A stretch of DNA of 63,175 nucleotides, counting the filler, from Chrysochromulina tobinii (lineage: Eukaryota): NCBI GenBank assembly GCA_001275005.1. It is 6 parts of 6 records of this genome, joined end to end, with 100 filler letters (N's around TTAATTAATTAA, not from the genome) between each part and the next. Parts side by side here need not be neighbours in the genome. Positions count along the whole stretch, not along the records: positions 38,864 to 49,838 come from JWZX01001244.1; 5 more parts are not named here. The stretch is one strand, 5' to 3'. Positions 40,085 to 49,938 of the stretch are shown piece by piece. The position numbers and the translations under genes are program-made. The notes under the pieces were generated by a model. That model did no database searches. It was not told the origin of the DNA and saw nothing but the letters and a program-made list of their open reading frames with translations. Every line of letters begins with the position of its first letter. The stretch's first letter is position 1.

Positions 40085-40196
40085 GACTGCTCCGCGGTAC
40101 TACGAGAACGTGGCTGGGTGTGGGGTGAACGTGTGGCTGGGTGTGGTGACTGCTCCGCGGTACTACGAGAACGTGGCTGGGTGTGGGGTGAACGTG
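40085..40196. repeat. Direct duplication, period 63 nt
   Basis: gactgctccgcggtactacgagaacgtggctgggtgtggggtgaacgtg at 40085 and 40148. Confidence 0.9.
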
Positions 40197-40910
40197 GTAC
40201 CACTTCGTTCCGTATTGTTAGGGTCCAGAGTCTGCGATTGACCTGCCGTGCGCCCGAATGGGATCCGGGATGAACTGAGTGTCAATAGAGACAGGTTAGG
40301 GTATTGGGTCAGTTTCTCTCCCCGTCACAAAGGACCGGACGGCTCGCGCACCCCTCGGTACGACACATCAAGTACTGAGTGTGTACTCGCTCTCTCGCGT
40401 CGGGCCACTCCATTTAGAGATAAATAGTAAACCTGTAGCAGTGACCAGAGTATCAGCGCACGGCGACGAATGAAACCGATGTGCGATTATAGAGATCTCA
40501 ACATTTCAGAGTGTGCATGCGGCGCGTGCGCTGATCCTCAGTGTGGCAACGTTGACGTTACCTCGACGGCCTCTCAGGTTCGCAACGCTGACGCGAAGGG
40601 CGAAACTGTCACCGAGGGCCTCTCACCTCTCACGAACACGGAACAGACGCTCGCCGCTCACATCTTACTCGCATGTCCCGGGTGGAGAAACACAAACAGG
40701 CGGGACGGTGGCGCACACACAAGTGGGACTGCATCCGTCCCCGAGTGCGCGGGTGGGGACTGCATGATTGTATGGTTAGCAGCAGCGCGTGCTCGGCCTC
40801 GGCCAGGTACATGCGAGTCACTAGCAAGTCACTCTCTCGCGCACTCCTCGAGTCACGAGCCCACAGGCGGGTCAGCAAAGTACGGAGAGGCGGCTTCAGG
40901 GCAAGCGGCT

Positions 40911-43900
40911 TCAGGGGAAGAGGCTCTCCGAGCCGTCGTCCATGCCGAGCGCTGCTCCCAAAGTTTGCCGTGCAGAGTCCCAAAGTTCGCCGTCCATAGT
41001 CCACACAAATCCAGAGCCCTCGTTGTACTCTCCTTCGGGCAGAGTTGCGGCGAACTCTTCGCCCTGTGCGTATGCCGTGTGGATCTTGTCATTACGAACT
41101 TCGGGCGCGGGCCACGCGTCGAAGCTCGCCGTAATGGCCTTGCTCATCTCATTGCGGCGCGCCATCTCAGCTCGGTACTTCACTCGCCATCCCAGCCCCG
41201 GGCTCAGGGGGGAGCTTAGGGGGGAGCCCAAACTCTCATCCTCCTTCTCCGGGCTCAGGCGCACCACACCCGTCACGCTCAGCAGGTTCAGCGTGCCGTA
41301 CACCGACTCGTTACAGAAGCCGTCGATCATGTTGCGGCTCTGCTGCGGGAGAACAAACTTCTTGCGCTGCAGGCACTGCTTGACGCGATCTTCGAGCCGC
41401 ATGCACGCGATACGCCACTGCGCCTCCTCGGCCTCGTCGCGAGTGAAGCAGGTCTTGCCGTGTTCGTCGCGGTGGAAGAGGGCGGGCGGCTTGTCCTCCT
41501 CCGCTGCTGGGTTCGTGGTCGGGTGAGAGCTCTCATCGACGCGCTGCTTCTTGGTAGCAGGTGAATCACCATGGAGATCAGGCGCCTCTATCGAAGGAGC
41601 CGCTTCGGGCGACGCAGGCGGCGAGGAGTCAAAGATGCGTGTGCGCTTGATCACATGCACCTCCGCATTGGGGCCGATCTGCACGCCGGTGGTAAAGGCG
41701 GCCTCGCCGGCTGTAGCAACGTTAGGGTGAGTCCACGTGACCACAACAGGGCCACCGACTCGCTTGACGGGGAGGGTCTGAGTTTGGTCGTCCTTCTGTC
41801 GCTGCACGAAGTCATGCAGCGCCTTACCCCGTTGGACGACGTAGTGGACGCCATGCACAGTGATCTCCACTTCCCATCTGAAACCGTGTCTGGTCCACGC
41901 GTCCTCGAGGCGCCTCTGAACCTCGGCGTCTTCATACGCCATGAAGGCGCCATTCAGACACACCTGCCAGCTGAGCGACTGCTCGCCTGGGTCGACGACA
42001 ACGGAGCAGAAAGCGCTTGTTCTCACCATCATTCTGGATGCTTTGTCACGCGCTGCAAACTGAGCCTCGAGGAGCGCCTGCGTCCCCTCTCCGAGCGGCA
42101 CAAAGTCTTCACGCCTGCAGTTCTGTCGCCACGGTCGCCCCTCGCACTCGCCGGTGCTCACCATCCAGACCGCCTTGGGCGGTACGTAGGTGGGCGGCAG
42201 CCCAGGCAGGTAGTGAACGGGTACGTGGTGGATGTGTGGCGCCTCGCGCTCGAACAGCAGGCGGTGCATCGCCGCCTCCGCGCCGTCTGGCGGCAGGGCG
42301 ACGCGAAGGCCAAGCTGGAGAGCTGGCGGGAGGCGCTCGCCGTTGGATTCGTCATCGTCGGATGCGTCTCCACCCGACTGCTCACGTGGGAGATGGTTAG
42401 CCAGGACGACGAGGCCAGGCGCGAGCTCATCCTCGTCTAGTTCGGACGAATACTCATCGAATAGGTTATCGAAGTCATGCAGTGCCAACGGCAGCTGCAG
42501 GTGGTCGACGTGCGGGCTTTGCGGCGCGAGACGACGAAAGGCGAAGACGTTATCGTAGTCACCTACGCTGCACCACGCGGCTGTCATCGGCACCTTGCAC
42601 ATCTGGAAGTCGGCCTCCTGGCGCGCGATGAGCACGCCCTCGACAAAGATCAGCTTGAACGACACGTACGGCAGGTCGAGCGTGCGAACGAGGTCGACGA
42701 GGACCTGCGTACGCTCGGCCGACTCGCAGCAGATCACCTCCGCATCTGTCTCGCGTGCCTCGTAGTTGCTTCCGCTCACTACCCCCGCCTCGGCGGCCTT
42801 CTTCACCGCTGCAGCCAGGTCGTCGAACTTCGCCTCGAGCGCCGCGTGCGGCAGTAGCACGGCCTCCTTGCTGTCGCCGTCGGGCAGCACCGGGTAGGCT
42901 CCCACGCCGCCCTCCTCGAAGCGCGCGCCGCATACAACACCCTCTGAATCCTTGAGGTCGATGCGGTGCTCTGGCGGAGTGCGGATGATCACGCGGCGGC
43001 CTGGCTCGAAGACGGCCTCGGACTGGGCCGCGAGTGGCTGCGCGGGAGGCACGGGTGTCGAGGCCATGTCTACAAGGACGTCCTGCAGCCTCATCGCCGG
43101 CAAAAAGAAGTCGAGCGTCGCCTTGTGTTGCACGAGCTCCGAGGCGTCGACGTGCATGCGGCACAGGATGCGGAAGATGGTGCCGAACTGCGTGTAGCTG
43201 GCGTCGGCGCACTCGTAGGTGATCACCGAAGGGCGTCTCGAGCCCGCCTCGTCCGCGGCACGATTGGCCCACTCGACCTTGCCTGCGAGCATGCCGCGAG
43301 CATCGTCTGCACTCATGGCGTAAGCCTTCGCATTTGCGGCGGCGAGCAGGGCTGCGCCTCCGCTCTGACCCGGGCACTCTTCAGTCTCGTGCGGGAAGGT
43401 GATCAGAAGTGTTTGGCCAGACTTCTTGCGGTGCGCCCAGACGTTGACAGAGAGGATATGCTTCTCGCCGCCAGTCACAACCTGCCCTTCATGATCCAGA
43501 TCCTTGCGAAAGAGCAGCGCGTGTCCTGGGGTGGTGGTGGCGGCGAAGTCGAAGCTCTTGCCGTAAGCGTGGATTGTCGTGGCCCCGCCCAGGGTGTTGA
43601 GCGCGGCCTCGGGCGGCGTAATGCACACGAGAAGCGTCTGCTCCTCCACGAAGTTGGTGACGAGCGAGAGGAAGTCAGCATGACGTTTGAAGAATCCGCC
43701 AGCCTCGTACACAATCTGCGTGACGTCCGACCGGACCAGCGTGTAATCATACTCGGCATCTGCCGCTGAAATCTGAGACAGCATCGCCGCGGTGGCGTCG
43801 AACAATCGCGCGTCCACGATCGCACGGTACTTGGACAGGCGTGTGCTCTTGTCGACGAACTTAGCATCCGCGCCGGCGGAGTAGAGCATGGAGTCCTCGA

Positions 43901-44000
43901 ATGGCTGCTGGCAGTCGGCGAGCAGCTCGTCGATATCAGTGCAGTCGAGGCCCTGCACGAGCTTCACGCCGAGGATTCCAGCATCATTCACGAGCACCAT
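40911..44000 (-). CDS. 2OG-Fe(II) dioxygenase (P4H-like) with WWE-like domain(s)
   Basis: YEAGGFFKRHAD..GGATT..ALLFRKDLDHEGQVVTGGEKHIL (HxD..H..K). WQVCLNGAFMAYEDAEVQRRLEDAW..VEITVHGVHYVV (WWE-like). Confidence 0.75.
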   Translation of the reverse strand: MVLVNDAGILGVKLVQGLDCTDIDELLADCQQPFEDSMLYSAGADAKFVDKSTRLSKYRAIVDARLFDATAAMLSQISAADAEYDYTLVRSDVTQIVYEAGGFFKRHADFLSLVTNFVEEQTLLVCITPPEAALNTLGGATTIHAYGKSFDFAATTTPGHALLFRKDLDHEGQVVTGGEKHILSVNVWAHRKKSGQTLLITFPHETEECPGQSGGAALLAAANAKAYAMSADDARGMLAGKVEWANRAADEAGSRRPSVITYECADASYTQFGTIFRILCRMHVDASELVQHKATLDFFLPAMRLQDVLVDMASTPVPPAQPLAAQSEAVFEPGRRVIIRTPPEHRIDLKDSEGVVCGARFEEGGVGAYPVLPDGDSKEAVLLPHAALEAKFDDLAAAVKKAAEAGVVSGSNYEARETDAEVICCESAERTQVLVDLVRTLDLPYVSFKLIFVEGVLIARQEADFQMCKVPMTAAWCSVGDYDNVFAFRRLAPQSPHVDHLQLPLALHDFDNLFDEYSSELDEDELAPGLVVLANHLPREQSGGDASDDDESNGERLPPALQLGLRVALPPDGAEAAMHRLLFEREAPHIHHVPVHYLPGLPPTYVPPKAVWMVSTGECEGRPWRQNCRREDFVPLGEGTQALLEAQFAARDKASRMMVRTSAFCSVVVDPGEQSLSWQVCLNGAFMAYEDAEVQRRLEDAWTRHGFRWEVEITVHGVHYVVQRGKALHDFVQRQKDDQTQTLPVKRVGGPVVVTWTHPNVATAGEAAFTTGVQIGPNAEVHVIKRTRIFDSSPPASPEAAPSIEAPDLHGDSPATKKQRVDESSHPTTNPAAEEDKPPALFHRDEHGKTCFTRDEAEEAQWRIACMRLEDRVKQCLQRKKFVLPQQSRNMIDGFCNESVYGTLNLLSVTGVVRLSPEKEDESLGSPLSSPLSPGLGWRVKYRAEMARRNEMSKAITASFDAWPAPEVRNDKIHTAYAQGEEFAATLPEGEYNEGSGFVWTMDGELWDSARQTLGAALGMDDGSESLFP

Positions 44001-44270
44001 CGCGTCCCTGAGTCCCTTCCGGCGGCGCGTGGGACTCCTGTCTGTGTGAGGTGAGTGTGAGAAGGAGTTTTTTTTAGCATGCATGCAACGTTCGCTTTTC
44101 ATTTCCTTGCGAACTGCAAGCGAAGACGTCCACACCAAGTTCACACGCCATCTGCTGCCATCATCACGTCGAAGGCCCAAGCTTCAAATACAGAGAGCGC
44201 CGGTGCGCCGCGGTCGATGCATTCCAGAACAGTAGAACACTGTTGAATCATCCATACTCTCCACGAAGCC

Positions 44271-46202
44271 TCACTTTCCCGGAGACTCGCCCGGTGAAGG
44301 ATCGCTGGGTACCGCATATTCCTTGACCTTGGACAGCACGTACTGGCCCGTAGCGCTCTCCATGGGCAGCACGTACTGTTCGTAGAGCTGATACTCGTTG
44401 GGGTTGGCGAGGCGCGCGGCCACGTATCCGTTGGGCACTTTAACCAGCGAGTCCGCGTGCGCCTTTAAGTGGGCCGACGTCGACGTGCCCTCGAGCTTAA
44501 GCTCGGCCTTGTACTCGACGCTGGGCGAGAACATCGAGATGGGCACCGTGTCTGGACACGCGCCGGGGACGAGAAGGCAGTACATGCTCGCGAACCAGAT
44601 GAGGTACACGGCGAAGAGGCCGCTTGCGAGCACGATCTTGAAGGTGCAGCGAGTGGGGAAGTGGTAGAGCGAGACGGCGCACAGCAGCGCGCCCGTGATC
44701 GGGATGATGTACAGGCTGTACAGCGTGGACTCGTGCTTCAGGTATAAGGCGGCCACCAGCTGCACGCCGAAGAGCACGTACATGCTCACGCCCTGGATGT
44801 TGTGGATCACCGCTTTCGTTCGGACACCAAGTAGGACGGTGCACATTCTTGTGGCCCTCTCATCTGCACCATGAAAGGCAGCGTACAGGTTGTGGTCGAG
44901 TTGGAGCAGAAAGGAGATGGTCATCGCGCGGATGAAGATCACGTCGATCTTGCTCTCCTGCGCGAGGATCTTGGCGATGATGTACGCGTAGAGGGGGATG
45001 AGGAAGAAGGAGCGAGCCGCATGCATCAGCAGCCAGAAGACGAGCAGCGCGCGGTACTTGAGGCTCTTCTTGACATACGTGTGCCGAGTGTACCAGACGA
45101 GGGCGGAGAGGAATGCCGAGGAGTCGAAGAACTCGCCAGAATAGGCTAGCATCGCGAGGACCATGATGGGCACGGCGAGGATGGTGGCGAGGACACCCAC
45201 CTTCTCGGGGAGGGAGACGGGTGAATCGAGCAGCTGAGACAGAGACGACGTGTCCGGGATCGTGTCGATCTCGTACATGAACATCATGCCGTTGAGTGCG
45301 CAGATCTGCAGGCTGATCGTGAGTATCGCGAGCCAGAGCGGCTTGCAGCAGAAGCCGCCTCCGTGCTCATTGAGGCTCGCCATGAGCCCATACCAAGAGA
45401 TCGAGCTTCCCGTGTACGCATCTTTCGCGGGGGTGTCGTCCTCCTCCTCCGTCTCAGGCAAGTCGAAGAGGGACAGCTTGGCTTCGACTCGCACTGCAGC
45501 CCAGCCCGTTTCAAGGTCCTTGACCGCGGGGAGTTTCTTCAGCACGGGTGCTGGTGCTGGTGCTGGTGCTGGAGACTTCCGCCCAGCTGTTGGAGACTTT
45601 CGTGGCGGCGGCTCCGGCCTGTATTGAAATAGCTGCGGCGAAACGTCATCCCTTCGCAGCCCCTCGCAGCCGTCAAGCACTGGCAGCGCTTCCGTGCTTC
45701 GCGACGGCGCCGTGGCTTGGCGGCTGCGAAGCACTGGCAGCGCTTCGGCGCTGCGGGGAAATGACGGCTCTTGGGTTTGAGCAAAGGAAGGTGACTTTGA
45801 CGAGCAGCTGCGCTGCATGGCATCCGACGGTGACTTTGATGAGAGGCTCGCCTCGCGCGGCGGCATCTCGCGCGGCGTCGTCGCAGCACCAGCAGATGAT
45901 GACGAACGTTTCAAATCTCCAAACTTGGATGCGATAGACAGAAGAGGCGCCTCGAGGCTGTACGTTTCAGCAGCTGCAATGTAGCGCTCGGGAATCGGAA
46001 GCCTGGTTGGGGCCGGCTCAGGTTTTGGAATACCTTCCCTTTTTGGAGATCGTGGCACTGCACGCACGCCAGCAAGGAGCTCACGCATGTCTTCATCGGC
46101 GTCGGTGTCCGTCTGCTGGCCCTGCAGCCACTGCATAGCCGCCTGCCTTGGGGCAGCATCCACGCACGCCGGCGACTTGGTCCCGATTGGCCGGAAGGCC
46201 AT
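44271..46202 (-). CDS. Multi-pass membrane protein of unknown function
   Basis: 643-aa ORF with a disordered S/P-rich N-half and roughly 7-8 hydrophobic segments. Confidence 0.65.
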   Translation of the reverse strand: MAFRPIGTKSPACVDAAPRQAAMQWLQGQQTDTDADEDMRELLAGVRAVPRSPKREGIPKPEPAPTRLPIPERYIAAAETYSLEAPLLSIASKFGDLKRSSSSAGAATTPREMPPREASLSSKSPSDAMQRSCSSKSPSFAQTQEPSFPRSAEALPVLRSRQATAPSRSTEALPVLDGCEGLRRDDVSPQLFQYRPEPPPRKSPTAGRKSPAPAPAPAPVLKKLPAVKDLETGWAAVRVEAKLSLFDLPETEEEDDTPAKDAYTGSSISWYGLMASLNEHGGGFCCKPLWLAILTISLQICALNGMMFMYEIDTIPDTSSLSQLLDSPVSLPEKVGVLATILAVPIMVLAMLAYSGEFFDSSAFLSALVWYTRHTYVKKSLKYRALLVFWLLMHAARSFFLIPLYAYIIAKILAQESKIDVIFIRAMTISFLLQLDHNLYAAFHGADERATRMCTVLLGVRTKAVIHNIQGVSMYVLFGVQLVAALYLKHESTLYSLYIIPITGALLCAVSLYHFPTRCTFKIVLASGLFAVYLIWFASMYCLLVPGACPDTVPISMFSPSVEYKAELKLEGTSTSAHLKAHADSLVKVPNGYVAARLANPNEYQLYEQYVLPMESATGQYVLSKVKEYAVPSDPSPGESPGK

Positions 46203-46741
46203 GTGTGACGACGAGCTCGTTCCTTCAGAAGATAATCGTTACTTTTTTGGCGTTTCGTCACGAGTTGCATGCGCTACACTTTACGGTAATCCACTGCTGA
46301 CAAGAGCGCCCGAACCTCGGAAAGAAACAGCAGGAGTAATGTATATCGATAGTGCTGCCGCACCGGTCGGGCTGTGGGGATATCTGTGACGGGTATCTTA
46401 GCCTATGGGTATATAGTGATTGAGGATTCCTCAGGCCGTTCCATGTTGGGCATGTATCGGCCTGAGGTTAGCGCACAAGGACGGCGAAGCCCCTCCGAGG
46501 CGATGCCATCGCCCCGGGGTTCGAAACCGTGCGCTGTACGATATGTACACCTATTGTATGAGGGAAGGTACTTCTCTCAGACCTCTGGAACTGGTACGTT
46601 CTGCCGCGCGGGCCTTGCGGCTCGCGCTGCATATAGTACTCGGGTCATATCCTTACCATTCGGTCCTCATCCACTGGTCCTCAATCACTGTAGACACTGC
46701 GTGGCTCGCACTGAGCTTGCCACACGCTACGTAGCTCGTTT

Positions 46742-47023
46742 ACTGCTCTCGACTAGTGAGAGGCTGTACACTGCTCTCGACTGGTGAGAGGCTTGACACT
46801 GCTCTCGACTGATGAGAGGCTTGCTGTACTGTGCGGACGCGAGTGCTCGTGAGAGCGTCGCGCCGCTGTGCTCTTCGAGAGAGTGCTCTCGACAGGAGAG
46901 GCTGTACACTGCTCTCGACTGGTGAGAGGCTTGGCACTGCTCTCGACTGATGAGAGGCTTGCTGTACTGTGCGGACGCGGGTGCTCGTGAGAGCGTCGCG
47001 CCGCTGTGCTCTTCGAGAGAGTC
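46742..47023. repeat. Array of ~28-nt hairpin units nested in a 138-nt tandem duplication
   Basis: (A)CTGCTCTC-GACTRRT-GAGAGGC units at about 46742, 46768, 46796, 46884 (shorter loop), 46906 and 46934. Confidence 0.9.
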
Positions 47024-47210
47024 TTGCATGCTCCGCATCCGCGTCAGGTTCTGAGGCGCGCTGCGCCATCGGAACGGCGGCGGGGGATGCTGCGGTGCTC
47101 ATGCGGTGCTCGGGGAGCGCTGCATGCCTGCGTTCTCGACTAGTGAGGACGCGGGTGCGAGAGCTGCGGCTGGCTCCGACTAAGGGGAGGGTCGCCGCTA
47201 ACCTGCTGGT

Positions 47211-49796
47211 CTAGTCGCCGTAATCTCCGTCCACCCCGTCGAGGAGGCCGTCTTTTGCCAGCCTTGCGGTCATCTCGAGGCGCTCCCGCAGCGTGAATTC
47301 GATGGGCGGCTCGTCCAGCACTGGATCGTCCATCTCGGGATTCTCGGCCCATTCCATGGCTGCCAGCGCTTCGATCGAGTTGTCTTTAACGAGCCGCTGG
47401 ATGTCACGGGAAACGAAGAAGGCTGTGCGTGCGTCCGCCGCAAAGGCGGCGTCCTGCGCATACCTATCCGGGAGCAGGGCGCATCTGAGCTTGTGGCGCT
47501 TGAGCTCTGCGGGCTCGGGCACCAACGCCGCGTTCTGGGCCGCGCTGCCGGAGAAGCGGCCTAGGCCGTGCCGCTCGACTGGTCCGTATCTCATGCGGGC
47601 TGCATGCTTCAGCATCATTGGCTTGAGTGAGTGAACCTTGAAGTCCAGCACCGTAGGCGGGGAGCATGAAAGCGGAGGCAGCGCGAGGAGATACTGCAGG
47701 GCTGCGTCGGCGCGTCCTCCCAGGATCGGGCCGTTGGTGAATTCAGAGCCATCCACAGGCGCGCCGGTGCTCGAGTCGTTGTCGCGTACGAGGAAGCACC
47801 CGTCTTCGACGTCTTGGAGAGCTTCGTAGACGGCGTCGATGACACCGCGAGAGCCGTACGCGTCGAGTACCGGCCCGAAGGCCGGGCGTGCCGACTGCTT
47901 GTGCGGCTCGTTGCTCTTGTCGATCTGTACTGCGGTGTATAGAATGCCCTTCTTCTCGGCGACTATGGCGCAAGCCTGCGCCTGCTTGAATCTAGACGTC
48001 TGCGACGCCACGAGGGCGAACCCGGCGGCAGTGCCGCGTACGACTGGGCTACTGTGGTGCGCTGCCAGGTAGCACAGCTGTGCGTAGTGCGGCGGCTCGA
48101 TGGCAGGCGTGGGCGTCGGGGTTGTGGTGCCGAACTTACGCTTCCCAACGAGGGCGTCTCGAGAGGCATTGGCCATCTTGGCGTTATCGAGAAGGAAGCG
48201 CAGCGAGCGGAAGGCCGTCTTTGCAGCGGAGCGCCCGTCGCGTCGCTGCTGCTGGGTAGTGAGCTCCCTGCCTTCGGCGGCCGCCTTGGCGTGATAGGCT
48301 GCGGCTGCCTTGATAGCGTTCACGTTGATGTGGTCCAGGAAGGAGCTGACGAGGTGAGCGGGGTATACGTCCTCATCTGCGGCCTCGTACTCGCCTTTCG
48401 CCTCTGCGAAAGCTCGTAGGCGTGTGAGAGTCGAGAGCGCGCCCTTGAGCGTCGAGACGCCCCATCTGGCGAAAAAAGAGATGACCCCATTGGCGCACTC
48501 GACGGCGTAGAGCTCGCTGTCGTGGAGCTTCTCCGCGCGCGTGCGGAGGTCCCCGCCTAGGATGTCGTGGCACGTCTTCAGGGTCAGGGCTCCGACGAGC
48601 TGGCACGCTGCACGCGTCTTGTTGCTCTGGTCTCGCATCGCGGAGGTGATGAGCATGCCGCCCTTCTTGTTGCGGCCGAGCTGAGGTGGTATAAGTTGCA
48701 GTGCTGCGAGGCTTATGGCGCTGCTGGCCTTCGCCCAGGCGGCGCACCTGGCCTCGTGGTCGCCTTGGAGCGCCACCGCCATGGTGGTTGCGGCCACCAT
48801 AGGGTACGGCTCGGCGGTCGTTGCATGCGCCGTAGGGAGGGCGGGCTGTGGTCGAACTGGCAGGTCAGCAAGCGGTGGTCTTCCTGTAAGGAGGAAGACC
48901 GCCCTCTGCGAGTGCTGCTCGTGCAGCAGAAACGTGTTCGTATCCGGAGTGAGATCACGGAAAGAGTTCTCGGTGAGGTAGTCCTTCCTCCGGCTAGGCA
49001 CGATTGGCTTCCTTTGCCGGCTGTTGGGCTTCGAGCTCGCCGAGCTGGCGGCTGTCGGCTGGCCGGGAAAGGAGGTCTGCTTGAACCTCTGCAGCTCGAT
49101 CCGGACTGCGAGCTGCTCTGCCTCGATCGCTCTTGCGACCTGTTCTGCTCTTAGCGCGATGGCTTCGGCCTCCCTAGTGTGCCGGAGGCTCTCTAGGAGG
49201 CGCTCGATCTTGGTCGAAGAGACGACCTGGCTCGCGGAGCTGGCCGTTGCTGCAGACACTGCCACGTATGGCACCAACTGTCCGCCATTCGAAGGCCCTG
49301 CATCGGTCGGCGTGACCGCCGCTTGGGTTGCAGGGGGCGGGGCGGTTGGATCGGGCCGGCGGAGCGCGCGCTGGATGAAAGATGAAGGGTAGCTCGACGA
49401 AGTGCTTGAGCAGCTAGGGTCATCAGCCCAGAAGTGGTACTCGATGCCCGGGATGCTTTCGTCGATGCCATGCATGTCACCAACAGGGGTGACGACGGTG
49501 ACGAGGCGTCCGAGCCCAGGCGGTGCAACGGGGCGACCGCCTGGGGAGACTCCAGCGGCGGCTCGTTGCGCGCCGGCAGTCGCTCCGTGCGGTTGCGGGC
49601 TGGCCAGGCCTGGCCCAAGCCGCGCGTCGTCGGGCATGCCTAGGGCGGATCCTTGCGCGCGCACTTGGGGGTGCTCGTGCGGTTCGTCTGGCTGCCGATC
49701 GTCTGGCTGGGCAGCGGGGGCGAGGCCACTCGCTTGCGCTGGACCGGTTTCAGAATCACGAACGCGCTTCGGGCGCGCTCCGTAGCGCGTCTGCAT
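47211..49796 (-). mobile_element. Tyrosine recombinase ORF (DIRS/Ngaro- or Crypton-like YR element); frame stays open to the contig end
   Basis: Catalytic order R (QTSRFKQAQ), K (QIDKS), HSLK (HxxR variant), LGRF, Y (LPDRYA); N-terminal STLKGALSTLTRLRAFA binding helix. Confidence 0.75.
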
Positions 49797-49838
49797 GCCG
49801 CGAGTCAGCGGCTTGCTTTCGCATTGGAGGATTCCGTC

Positions 49839-49938
49839 NNNNNNNNNNNNNNNNNNNNNNNNNNNNNNNNNNNNNNNNNNNNTTAATTAATTAANNNNNN
49901 NNNNNNNNNNNNNNNNNNNNNNNNNNNNNNNNNNNNNN
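49839..49938. other. Artificial contig linker
   Basis: N44-TTAATTAATTAA-N44. Confidence 0.98.

Noticed and set aside
46805..46830. Hammerhead ribozyme (CTGATGAG core)
   Set aside because: No GAAA after a stem II. CTGATGA is just one loop variant of the hairpin unit.
46742..47023. CRISPR array
   Set aside because: Units are contiguous without unique spacers, the longer intervening parts are themselves duplicated, there are no cas genes, and the context is eukaryotic.
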